Shown piece after piece: positions 1-12,494 of a DNA stretch of 64,000 bases. This stretch comes from Mobula hypostoma. Lineage: Eukaryota. The notes under the pieces are model-generated. The model did no database searches. It was given only the letters and a program-made list of their open reading frames with translations, and had not been told where the DNA came from. The position numbers and the translations under genes are program-made. The DNA lies in assembly GCF_963921235.1 (NCBI RefSeq), contig NC_086108.1, forward strand, positions 55,306,001 through 55,370,000. The letters run 5' to 3'. Each line of letters starts with the position of its first letter. Position 1 is the first letter of the stretch.

Positions 1-2150
1 CATAAATCCTGCCTCTCAGGATCTTCTCCAACAACTTGCCCACCACTGAAGACAGATTCATTGGTCTATCATTTCCTGGGTTATTTCTACTCCCTTTCTT
101 GAACAAAGGAACAACATTTGCAACCTTCCAATCCTTTGGAACCTCTCCCATCCATATTGATGATGCAAAGCTCATTGCCAGAAGCTCAGCAATCTTCTCT
201 CTCACTTCCCACAGTCGCCTGGGGTACATCTCATCAGGACCTGGTAACTTATCTAACTTAATGCTTTTCAAAAGCTCCAGCACGTCCTCTTTCTTAATGT
301 TTATATGCTCGAGCATATAACTCTATCAGTTCCTAGCTTCTTGAACCTTTTATAAGCTTTTCTTAACTAGATTTTCTGCATCCTTTGTACCATGGTTCTT
401 TTATCCTACCATCCTTTCCCTGCCTCAATGGAACATACCTATGCAGAACTCCATGTAAGTATTCCCTGAACATTTGCCACATTACTGCTGTGCATTTCCC
501 TGAGAACATCTCCCAATTTATGCTCCCAAGTTTCTGCCTAATAGCGTCATATTTTCCTCTACACCAATTAAATGTTTTCCCAAATTGTCTGCTCTTGTCC
601 CTCTCCAGTGCTATGGTGAAGGAGATAGTTGTGATCACTACCCCAAAAATGCTTTCCCACTGAGAGATCCGACACCTGACCAGGTCCATTTCCCAATACC
701 AGATCAAGTACAGCCTCTCCTCTAGTTGGCTTATCTACATATTGTGTCAGAAACCTTCCTGAACACAACTGACAAACTTCACCCCATCTAAACCTCTTGC
801 TCTAAGGAGATGTCAGTCAATATTAGGAAAGTTAAAAATGTCCTATCACAACAACCCTATTATAATTGCACCGCTCCAGAATCTGCCTCCCCCATCTGTT
901 CCTCAATATGCCTGTTACTATTGGGGGTCTATTTATATTAAAAAAAAACCACCCCAGAGAGTTATTGCCCTTTTCCTGTTCCTGACTTCCACCCACAATG
1001 ACCTAGTAGATAATCCCTCCATGACTTTCTCCTTTTCTGCAGCCATGACACTATCCCTGATTATCAATGCCACGCCCCCACCTTTTTTGCTTCCCTCCCT
1101 GTCCTTTTTGAAACCTCTAAAGCCCAGCACACTCAGCAGCTATTCCTGCCTCTGAGACATTCCAAGTCTCTGTAATAGCCACAACATCATAGTTCCACGT
1201 ATTGATCCACGATCTAAGTTCATCCGCCTTGTTTATGATACTCCTTGCATTAAAATAGACACCTCTCAGACCATCAAGCTGAGTGCATCTTTGCCTGCTT
1301 ACCCTTCCTCATAAACTCCCTACAAGCTGCCTCTACTGCCTACCAACTGCCCCATCTCTGCCTCTTCACTTTGGTTCCCACCCCCCTGCAATTCTAGTTT
1401 AAACCCTCCCCAATAGCCTTAGCAAACCTCCCCGCCAAGATATTGTTCCCCTCAGATTCAAGTGCAACTGCCCTTTTTGTACAGGTCACACCTGTCCTAG
1501 AAGAGGTCCCAAAGATCCAGAAATCTGAAACCCTGCCCCCTGCTTCAATCCTTCAGCCAAGCATTTATCTGCCACTTCATTCTTTTCCTAACCTTACTGT
1601 CTTTGGCACAAGCAGCAATCCCGAGATTACAAGGTCCTGCTTCTCAGCTTCCTTCCGAACACCTTGTATTCTGCTTTCAGGACTTGCTCCGTTTTTCTAC
1701 CTATGTCGTTGGTACCAAAATGTACCAGGGCTTCTGGCTGCTCACCCTCCCATTTCAAGTTATTGTGGATACATTCAGAAACATCACAAAGCTTGGCACC
1801 TGGGAGGCAAACTACCATCCACTGCCATCTTTCTCATTCCCAATGAATCACCTATCTGTTCCCCTAACTATAGAGTCCCCTATTACTGCTGCTATCCTCT
1901 TCCGTTCCCGACCCTTCTGAGTCACAGGGCCAGACGGTGTCAGAGGCATGGCCACAGGGTTGCTCTTCACTACCTGAAGCTCTCCCTTCCCAGTCACCCA
2001 CTTATTTTTCTCCTTTGACCTTGGTGTGACTACTTACTTCTAGCTCCTATCGATCATCTCCCCACTTTCCCTCGAAGGTCATCAAGCTGCAGCTCCGGTT
2101 CCCTAACCTGGCCTCTAAGGGGCTGCAGTTCAATGCACCTGGCACATACT
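1..2150 (-). mobile_element. Decayed CR1/HER1-type LINE, 5' part (ORF1 SGNH esterase and ORF2 AP endonuclease fragments)
   Basis: Minus ORFs 1627..1818 (VVCLPGAK..VHFGTNDI), 933..1130 (GFRGFKKDREGSKKGGGVALIIRD), 568..768 (PTRGEAVLDLVLGN); stops and frameshifts. Confidence 0.9.
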
Positions 2151-2159
2151 GGAAGTTCC

Positions 2160-2890
2160 TCTCAACCCTATCCTTCTGCCTTCTCCCATAACCTTTGGCA
2201 CCATTACTAATCATGAACTTATCAGCCTCTGCTTTAAATATACCTAATGACTTGGTTTCCACAGCCAACTGTGGCAATGAATTTCGGAGATTCACCACCC
2301 ACTAGCTAAAAAAAAAAATCCTCCTCTCTATTTTAAAGAGATGTCCAATGCCAGCTCATCCATTCTTAGATATGGGACCTAAAATTGCTCACAGTACATT
2401 TAGAGCAATTTGATCAATTCTTCATAAAGTCTCAGCATTGCATCTGTGCTCTCAAAATGAATGCGAACATTGCATTTATCTTCCTTACCACCGACTCAAC
2501 CTTTAAGATAACCTTTAGGGAATCATGCACTAGGGCTCCCAAGTCCTTTTTGCATCTCTGATCTCAAAGTGCTTTCCATTTAGAAAATGCCTTTATTCCT
2601 TCTACCAGAGTGCTTGAGTATTCCATATGCCATTTCTTTGCCCAACTCCTAATCTGTTCACATTTTTCTGCAAGCTCCTTGCTTCCTCAGCGTTATTTTC
2701 TTCCACCCATCTTTGTATCATCCACAAATTTGGCTACAAAGCTATAACATCAGTCATCCAGACCATTAACATGTAGCATGAAAAGCAGTAGAACTAACAA
2801 CAACCCCTGCAGAATGCTACTGGTTAGTGCCAGCCAAACAGAAAAGGCCTCCTTTATTCTCCTCGCCACATTTTCTAAAGGAAGATGAGA
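2160..2890 (-). mobile_element. CR1 LINE 3' fragment (RT C-terminus)
   Basis: ORF 2047..2298 (VNLRNSLPQLAVETKSLGIFKAEADKFM) and 2750..2935 (LQGLLLVLLLFMLHVNGLDD) resemble the CR1 ORF2 C-terminus. Confidence 0.8.
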
Positions 2891-2899
2891 CAATCGTGA

Positions 2900-4135
2900 C
2901 TGACAAGTCAAAGACAGCATAAAGGCAAAAACCAACAGAAGGCAACTAAAATAGGAATAAGGCGAGAAAAGATGAAATATGAAGGCAAGCTAGCCAATAA
3001 TATAAAAGTTTTTGAGGAAGTGATGAAGGTAATTGAAAGTAGAGTTGTGGATGATGTCTACATGGATTTTTACTAGGGCTTTTGACAGGGTTCCTCATTG
3101 GAAGCTCATAGTGAAGATCAAGATGCATGGGATCCGCAGTGAACTGGCTGTTTGCATCCAGAATTAGCTTTCCCATGGAAGGTAAAAGAAAGGGCATACA
3201 ATATACCAAAAACTAGTGGAAAGCTGGATGACTAGGAAGCATTTAAAAACTAACAGAAGGCAACTAAGAAAGGAATAAGGAAATAGAGGATGAAATATGA
3301 AGTTATATCAGATGCACATATGGGTGAAGGAATGGCAGATGCTGTTTAACCCAGCCAAGTGTGATGTGTTGAAGGGTTGCACCTTGACAGGTCAACAGTC
3401 TACTATTAATGGCAAGGCCCTTAACAGTGTTGTTGAGGGAGACAGTTAAGTAAGTGCAGTGAGATCTTGGGGTCCAAGTCCATAGGCCCCTTGAAAGTGG
3501 CCACACAGGATGATCTGGTGATAAAGAAGACATGTGGCACGTTGCCATTATTAGTTGAGGAACCGAGTTCAAGAGTCAGGAGGTTGCAACTTTATAAAAC
3601 TCCTGTTTGGCAGTGTCAAAGGTACTGTGTTGAGTTCTGGTTGCTCCATTTTAGGAAGGAGGTTGCAACTTTGGAGAAGGTGCAGAAGTGGTTTATCAGT
3701 ATGCTGCCTCAGTTGGAGAGCATGTGCTAAAAGGAGAGGTTGAACAAACTTGAGCTGATTTCACTGGAGTGGTGGAGCTGAGGGAAGTTTATAAGATTGA
3801 GAAGTATAGATGGACAGCTTTATCTTATTCTCCAGGTTTGAAATATCTAATGAGGCGAGAGGGCGAGGTTTCACATTTAAGGTGAGAAGGGAGTAAGTTC
3901 AAAGGATATGCGAGAGGCAGGTGTTTTTTTTCTACAGAGTGGAGTGTTCCAGGAATGTGCCGCCTGGGGTGTTGGTGGAGGAAAATATAATAGAAGCTTT
4001 CACAAGGTTCTTAGGCATCTGAATCTGTAGGAAATGGAATAATTTGGACATTTTGAAGGCAAAAGTTGGGCATTTAATTACTGATTAGTTTGGTACAACA
4101 TTGTGGGCTGATGGGCCTGCCCCTGTGCTGTAGAA
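2900..4135 (+). mobile_element. Rearranged CR1 LINE fragments (RT to 3' tail)
   Basis: ORF 3467..3730 (LQLYKTPV..YCVEFW..LEKVQKWF); tail 'gggcctgcccctgtgctgtag'; segment 2934-2985 recurs at about 3252-3303. Confidence 0.8.
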
Positions 4136-4695
4136 CTGTTAGTTTTCTTGCATTTTTCATGTAGTTTGACTTCCATATGCTTGCTTAATATTTTAAACAA
4201 TCACCTATATATGTGTAATTGTTGAACAAAATTTCTGGTAATTACTATAGTTTATTCTGTACTTTCTAGAAGCTTCTCAGTTTTTCTGCAGCAGGTCTCA
4301 TGCCACTTGAATCTGGTTATTTTATGGGTTTACTGTCATCACTGGAATGTTGTTATCTCTAGTTAGGGTCAGAGATGAATGAGACTTCTTTTTCTTTGTT
4401 TATTCTTTGTTTTTATAACACTTAGTAAAATGGCTGTAACTACTGTGTTTTATGCCTCATCCTTGACTTTCTAAGAACCTCTGATTGGTATCACCAGACC
4501 CAATAGCAAGCAGCATCCTTTGTTAGTTTTGTTGACTCTTTAGTTATTCATTGGGTGTAAGAATGATTTGGGTATGAATGGGCTGCAAGTTTGATACTAA
4601 ATTAGAGGGTCTTGTTAGTATAGCAAGTCGCAATGAATTGCAAAAAGATCTTAGTCAATCCCTGACCTCAGACCTCTGCTGTCTTGCGGCTATAC

Positions 4696-5480
4696 TGTTA
4701 TAAGGATCTATCCCTTAGTAACGATGATCAGAGAGGCACAGAGAGAATTCGTATTTACCGACAAGTAACCTTTATTGTCGCAACTAAAAAGCATGTGGGT
4801 TCTCAAGCTAACTAGCTGTGTTCACCCCCACTAGTATTCCCTGACCCTCCATGAACAGAAGAGAAAAGATATTACCCAGAAAAGGAGTCTGCGCTGGCTT
4901 GGTGTTCCTTGTGCTTCCGGTCTCCATGTGTATGTGGGGGGGGGGTCCTCCTCATCCATGGTGGTTGTCTCTAGTTTCTGAAGAGTCATTGCTGTTACGT
5001 ATTTGGAAATTTTGACACTTATGGTGCTCTCATCAGGTGAACTGATGGATTCTATTCGCCTGACCTACCTGGGTCACCACCTTACTGGCTCCAGTCCAGA
5101 GCTACAACCAATATCGTTCTATGGCTTCTGCACCACCCCCACCCCCCCAACCTCGTTCTACTCTGACTGGTTCAAACTAGTCAAAACGAGGTGACACTGA
5201 GTCAAACGAGATTACAGATCACTTCTCTGGTAAGTCTGGCACTTTACAGAGTAAATAACTACTCATCTGAGAATGGTCTCTGGTTTAGCAGGTCAGTAGT
5301 TAAAGCTCCTTGTGTCCACATTCAGTTGCCCTGATTAGATTATCTCGGAGCAAGAATCAATTCAGAGTGCAGAAAATGGAGGGTGGGGGGGTGGGAACAG
5401 ACAATTGATTCGTCTGCTTCCTCTGTCCATGTTTCATCTAAATCCACTCATTTGTGAACAGTGGTTCCTCCTGGCCAACA
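4696..5480 (-). mobile_element. Probable solo LTR (TGTT...AACA) nested in an older interspersed repeat spanning about 4640-5770
   Basis: TGTT at 4696, AACA ending 5480; flanks ctatac/gaatac (imperfect TSD); minus-strand AATAAA near 4770. Confidence 0.55.
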
Positions 5481-5774
5481 GAATACACTCACAGAGGAGG
5501 CTCCGGGGAGTAAGCTCCAAGAGAAAATTCTGGAGCCGGGGCCCCTAAGGCAATCTTGTGTTGAGTGCAACGCTGACTGGCAACTCCTGCAAAAAGCTGC
5601 TCGTGCCAAACTGTATCGGTCTCTGCCATTCCTCTGGATTCATCGGCTGTGTAGAGAGGGGGCAGCCTGCCACATGGGCAGCTGGTTGGTCTCCATTTCA
5701 TACTGCTTTGGCTTGCGTATCAAGTAGGCGGCTGGGGCACATCATCCATGGTTGATGCTGACAAATGGAGGAGC

Positions 5775-6500
5775 CTTTTGGTCATTTAGGAAGATGGGCT
5801 AAGGAATGGCAAATGGATTTCAATTTGGATCAGTGTGAGGTGATCCGTTTTAGACATTCAGTCGAGCGTAGGATTTGTATGGTGAATGCCAGGGCACCAA
5901 CAAGTGTTTTGAAGCAGAGGGATCCGCAGAGTGCAGGTGCATAGTTCACTGAAAGTGGCCGCATGATTAGACAGGGTGATGAAGAAGGCCCTTATTTGCT
6001 GGCCTTCAGTCAGGGCATCATGTTTAGGAAGAGATACATTATGTTACAATTATAAAGGTCATTGGTGAGGCCACACTTTGAGTTGTGTCACCCTTTTCGG
6101 TTTTGGTCACCCTTTTAAAGAAAATATATTGTCAGGCTGGAGAGGGTGCAGAAGAAAATTGAGGCTGTTTCTTGGACTGGAGGGTCGGAGTTGTAGGGAA
6201 GTTGGCCGTGCTGGATCTTTATTCTGTGGAGTTACCTCAAAGTTTTAAAAAAAAAACAAAAATCATGAGTGGAGTGGATGAGTGAATGGGCATAGTCTTT
6301 CCCCCTCTGTCCCCCCCCCCCCCGCAGAGTTGGGGAGTCCAGAACTGAAGGGCACAGATACAGGAAAAGGGGGAAGAAATTTAACAGATCTGAAAGGTAA
6401 CTTTACACAGTGGGTAGTGAATACTTGGAATGAGTTGCCAGATGAAGTGGTTGAGATGGGTACAATTGCAACATTTTAAGAGGCATTTGGATAGGTCTAA
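5775..6500 (+). mobile_element. Decayed CR1 LINE 3' fragment
   Basis: ORF 6282..6479 ends FTQWVVNTWNELPDEVVEMGTIATF. Confidence 0.85.
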
Positions 6501-8224
6501 ATTCGGCATAGCAATTTTAGAATCACTTCTTCAAATCACTTCCTCAATTGTCATCACATAAATTATTTCTTGCAAGATAATGAAACTTTTTGAGCATCAT
6601 TGCTGACATTTTCAAATTTTAATTGTTAACTGAAATTTTCCTTCTGAGCCGTAAAAGTTAGTCAACTTGCCAGCAAGACTTTTTTCTTCAGATGAGATGC
6701 CTTTGGGAGCTTGGGTGAGTGGGATTGCTGAATATTCATTTTATTTTAGTCTGGTTTTCTGTGTAAATAGTTATTAAAAAAACGGCTAAGGAAACGTGTT
6801 TCAGGAAATGGCTGATGCTCATACATGGCATTAATATTGATAGAAACAAAGTTCAAGTGTGCCTGCAATTTCCCAAAATGTGCTTCTTTGGCTTTTTCCA
6901 CTGGGAATAATCAGATTTTGCTGAATGTAAAGCTATAGATACTTAAACTGCAACTAAATTCCTGCAGACAGCTAAGAAGGCGGCCAGCAAGAACTTTTTT
7001 TTTGGTTTTGCAATGTATCACTTAATTCTCCTAATGGTAAAAAAGACTTTGCTTTATTCATTTTCTTTTGGGGTGTGAATGTTGCTGGCCAGACAATTTA
7101 TAGTCATGCTGTAATTACCCTACGTCATTTTCGATTTCTTTCCACAACGGTAAAAAATGAATGCCTAAGCTCATTCTAATGCAGAAAGCAGTATTCAAGA
7201 CAATATTTATAAGGATTTGAAGCACTAGTTGGTTAAGGGGAATTAATTTTACAGTGTTGGAAATCGTATAATTTCAGGGAAAAGAGTAGCACGAAAATAC
7301 ACAGACTACATTTCTCAAATCTCATTGCAAATAAATGGACAAAAACAATTACTGCCCTCATTTAATTATTAAATATAAAGTTAAACCTAATATTTTTCTG
7401 TGGGGGATGTCTGTTGTTCTGTCTGACATTGCTCAAGATAATCCACTCACATGAAATGTGAACAGATCTTGAAAGATTAAATCAGCAAAATAGTAGCTGC
7501 TGGACCAGAGAATTTGAACTGTGTTGGATTTTCAGGATTGTAGATTGTTTACTAAAATTTGATGTAGGTACTTTTTTTTTGTAAGAAGTGTGGAATATAC
7601 TCTGCTGTTTCACCTTCCTGAAGTGCTGTGTTAATGTGCCATTCATAATCACTGTATACTGAGAACAGCTGAATAATATTACATCTTGTAAATCTGTTAA
7701 GTACCTCAGATCTTTTATAGGCAATCAAACCGAACTATCATTGAAAAGGTGATGGTGAACCAGATTCCAGAGATTGCTTGGTGTTGTTTGGTAGGGTGTT
7801 TCGAGGTATAGACAGACTAAAGCAATGTGTTAGATTTGATGTTGGGTAACATGAAAGTGAGCATGCAGCCTTATCCTGCTGCATGATTTTAATCATACTT
7901 GGTGTTGCCCTAGCACTGAAGTAGGATTGGTATTCCAGGATGATAACAATAGGGCTAGGCAGGGCCATTTGATTGCAGGTTTGGAGGAAGGCATTTCTGC
8001 TAAAGTTTAGAACTGGGAAATTTCTGCAGGACAACTCTCTTAATTGAGTTTCAGTCTCCAAATGATTGAGATGTATCACTATGGACTGTATGTTGTTTTA
8101 AAGTAGTGTTTTTACAAGTATCCGATAAGATCAGCACTTATTAAACTAGTGAAAAGTAATAGGATGAAATATGGGGGTGGGGGGAGGGGAAGCAAGAGAC
8201 AATTCAGAGGGGTACTTTCAGGTA

Positions 8225-8460
8225 GACATAGACCAGACAAGAAGAAAATAGCAGATTTCCTTCCCCGATGGCCTTGTTGAACTGGATGGGTTCTTACAAT
8301 AATTCGGTTGTTTCTGATGTCTTTATTGCTAATACTAGTTACTCCTGATTCCATGTTATGAGCTGAATTTAAATTTCACAGTTATCGTGCTGTGATTGGT
8401 ATTCTGATTTCTGGTTGTTCAGGTTTCTGGATTACAACTGGAGTAAGTAATTTCACCACC
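8225..8460 (-). repeat. Possible old DeuSINE/SacSINE1-like SINE fragment
   Basis: 'gcagatttccttcccc..gaactggatgggttcttacaataa..ctgaatttaaatttcacag' resembles the recalled shark DeuSINE consensus; degraded. Confidence 0.4.
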
Positions 8461-8704
8461 ACCAGCATACTGATCTTCAGTAAGAAGATTGGATTTTGTC
8501 TCGGTGAGGATTGTGTAGTGATTACTCTTATCAAAACTGTCAGTGACAAGTGCAAATGACATTAGTGTGGGCAGGGTAACTTCCTTTGTATTGATGTATT
8601 TGCCAAATGCAACTGAATTTGTTCAGCTTGGTGGTGCTACGTCCGCTGCTAAACGATTCTTGGTAAGAAACTTTGAAGTCTCCAACCTAGAGTGCATTCT
8701 ACAT

Positions 8705-9680
8705 CAAATTTCAAATTAACATTTATAATCAGAGTACATACGTGTCACCACATACAGCTCTGAGATTTTTTTCCTGTGGGCATACTTAATAAATCTATAG
8801 AACAGTGTCTGTAAACAGGATCAATGGAACTCAAACTGTGCAAATACAAATATAAATAAATCACAGATAAAGAGTCCTTAAAGTGAGATTATTGATTGTG
8901 GGAACACCAAAAATATAATGTGTAGCTATCCCCTTTTGTTCAAACACCTGATGTTTGAGGAGTAGTAACTATTCTTGAATCTGGTGGTGTGAGTGCTGAG
9001 GCACCTGCACCTTCTACCTGATGGCAGCAGCAAGAAAAGGGCATGGCCTGGATAGTGAGCATCTTTTGATGATTGATGCTGCTTTTTTTTTAAGGCAGTA
9101 TTTCATGTAGCTGTGCTCAGTGATTGGGAGGGCTTTACCTGTGATATACTGGGTCAAATTCACTATCTTTTGTAGGATTTTCTGTTCAAAGGCCTTGGCA
9201 TTCCCATACCAGGTTGTAATGCAGCCAGTCAAAAACTTTCCACCACAAATCTATCGAAGTTTGCCAAGGTTTTTAATTCCATGTCAAATCTTCATAGACT
9301 CCTGAGGAAGTAGAGGCACATTTGTATGATGTGGCCAGGACGGTCCTATGAGATGGTGACACCCAAGAATTCAAAGTTACTGGCCCTCTTCACTTCTGAT
9401 CCTTTGAGTACTGCGTTATGGACCTCTGGTTTCCCTCTCCTAAAGTTTGCAGTCAGTTTTTTTGATCTTATTGACATGAGTGTGAGGTTGTTGTTATTAT
9501 AACACTCAGCCAAATTTTCCATCCCCCTCCTATCTGCTGATTCATTACAACCTTTGATACGGTCCACAGCAGTGGTGTCATGAGAAAACTTGTATATGGT
9601 GTTGGAGCTGTACTAAGCCGCACGGTTTTTAGGTGTAAGGTGAGTAGAGCAGGGGGCTAAGTACACATCCTGTCCTGCTC
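8705..9680 (-). mobile_element. Rex1/Babar-type LINE 3' fragment
   Basis: ORFs 9014..9232 (TGCITTWYGN..LQKIVN) and 9346..9567 (ENLAEC..NNL..FEFLGVTIS). Confidence 0.85.
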
Positions 9681-11379
9681 ACATTGTTTCCTACAAGAGT
9701 GGCTCAGGATAGAGAGCACTAATTCATCAGATGTGAAATGATTGGAAGTACCAACTGGAACTTTCCATACCGTGTTTAATCTGATGCTATGAGACATTGA
9801 TGTTTAGATGTGAAGGACCCCTTCTCCTCTCCCCAGCTTCATTTTATGCTAACTGCCCTATATTGTGCTGACTCCTCTGCGGTCTATCCTGCTCATCATA
9901 CAGAACTTGCCCAGAAATAATAATGAATTTTGGACATGGTCTGAAATATTATATCATACCTTTTAAGTATGACTATATGAGGCACTTGATTAGTCTTTTG
10001 AACACCGATCCCAGGTGACTGAGAAGAAAACTTTAGAAGGCTGTCCTACTTGGTTACAGTTGCACTATTAGAAATTTAAAGCCTTCAGATGCACTTTTAC
10101 CTTCAGCAAATGTATCTAAAATTAAAAGTAGGAAACAATCTTGCTCAAGCTGATTCATGAGCAGTAAATAGTTGAGGACAAAGGGAAATATAATTTGACA
10201 CAACTGCTGGCATACAGCCATGGGACAATAATGACTTTTATTACAACTTGTACACAACATGACATGAAGATCACATGATTCTAACTGACTTCAGATGTTA
10301 TAAAACCTCTGGGTTATTTAGTCAGCATTTATTCTAGGCTGTGTATGAAGAATAAGCAAAAAGAAAAGGTGGTTCAAGTGATTGTTGGTGTGCTGTATAC
10401 CAATGGCAAAGTGTTCAATTTGCTTGTAGCAGCTGATTTAAGTATTTTGAGACTTAAGCAAGGTCAGAAAACTTATAAATAAAATAACATGACAACGGTT
10501 TATTTTAACCTTCCTACTTTAACAAGCTGAATTTGTGGTTTAAACCCAGCCACATTTGGTTTGACAATAAATGGTCAGATCCATAAACTTGCTCTTTGTT
10601 CCAGAATTTAATTTTCTGTTTTTAATGTAATCCACCTGACTGACAATCCACCATTCCAGCTGGGAAACAGCAGAACAACAGCATTGGGAAGTTGATCGCT
10701 GCATACATAGCAGCTTTTCAGCGGCAGCTTCAACTTGCAAATAAGTATACCTATTGAATTTTTAAAATCTCGAAGCATGAATGTACCTGGACGCAAGAGC
10801 CGCCTGTCATTCAGTAAAATCGTCTATGATTACCAATATTGTATCAATTTACTCAGTAAGTGTTAAATTTCCTGTTTTCTTAATTTAAAAAGAATCTACC
10901 AATCTCTGTGTATTCACGTACTTCCTGGGAAGAGATTCCAAAGATATGCAACATCGTTCTATTCCTTCTCGGGTTGCAATAGCGTATCTTTTCTCATGAT
11001 TTTCTGCCCCAGTTCTGAATTCGCCACAATGAAGAAATAGCGTAACGCTGTAAATACTCTTCAGAGGAAGGGGTAACTAGGTGGTCAGAAAAGATTTTAA
11101 AGATGTCATCAAGGCCTTGATTAAAATAGAAGATCTTCAGGAATCACTGGCCCATGGCCACTTGAACTGGAGAAGGTATATCTGGGATGGTATTCAGAAC
11201 CTGGAGGTCATGTATTGGGAGCACAGAGGCCCAGTGTAACTGTTGCAAGGATCAGACACTCACAGGCTATGCACCCTCCCACACCCTTGCCTCGTTTTGT
11301 TCCATTTCTGATAGGGCCTGTGTTCTCACATTGGTCTCAGCCATCAAAAAATCTTGAGTAGTCAAGTTATTCTGAACCT

Positions 11380-12230
11380 GAAATATTGCCTGAGAAAACT
11401 TAGGAAGACTTCTCATTCTTCTAGGTTCCTTTTTAGTATTGGCAAATTTTCCTCTCCCTTCTCACAAAACTCCTTTATCCCAGGAATAAATCTCTTGAAT
11501 CCAAGCTGTACCACAAAGGGAAGGCTGTCATTTCCTAAATATGGAAATGAATAGTGCGCATGATTTTCCAAATGAGATGCATAATCCTCAGAATAACGGT
11601 GCTTGTTCTCAACATACCTACTGATTAGAAAGTTGATGGACAACAGAAGTTGGTGGAATTGCTTATAGTGAGGAAGGTTTTCAAAAGATACATGGGGTAT
11701 AGGTCAGTTGGAGATTTTATAGTTTAATTCAGACATGTCTGAGACGATGCACTTTGGGAGGTCAAATGAAAGAGGCAAGTATAGTCAATGGGAGCATTCT
11801 CAGGAACATTATACAAAGTCATGCAATGGTATTCTCCACTTAGGGAATATTCCCTTGGGAGAACATATGTGACTCAAGTGATTGCACTACCTTAGGAACG
11901 CTGATGTAGAAAGGGATCTTAGTATGTAAGTGCATAGCTTTCTGAAGGTGGCAATACAAATAGATAGGTTGTAAAAGCTGTTGTGTATGGCATGATTGCT
12001 GCCTTAATTTGGAGCATTGAGAATAAAAGCTTAAGTTATGATGCAAGTGGTAAAACTTTCATTAGGCCACATTTGGAGTAGTGTGTGGCATTTTGGTCAC
12101 CACATTAAAGAAAGATGCAGAATGGGTTCAGTGAGATCTTCCCTTGATCGTTGAGTATTAGCCATACGGAGAGGTTGGATAGTCTTGGATTGTTTTCTCT
12201 GGACCATTGGTGGTTTAGGGTTTTTATTTA
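11380..12230. mobile_element. Old CR1 fragments in both orientations
   Basis: Minus ORF 11413..11643 (VQLGFKRFIPGIK); plus-strand 'attaggccacatttggagtagtgtgtg' (RPHLEYCV-like). Confidence 0.65.
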
Positions 12231-12494
12231 TCCCTAAGTCATTCTCAGTATTTATTTCCATGCTTCCAGCTCTGGGTAAACTTTGTTTTTTCCTAATTCC
12301 TGATGATCTGTGCATTTGCAAGTCATTATTAGTTGCCTGGACTTTTTGCTCTGGAAATCTCTAAACCTTTCCACATCCCTCCTCTTCCCCATTTAAAAAT
12401 TACTTTGTCCATGATTTTGATCAAACTACCAAATATTTTCTTCTTTGTATGAGCGTCAATTTACTTTCTAATGCTTACTTAACAATAATAAATC

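Noticed and set aside
1443..2018. 191-aa plus-strand ORF, and similar ORFs such as 21870..22289 and 27813..28421
   Set aside because: Antisense shadows of CR1 or Penelope coding sequence
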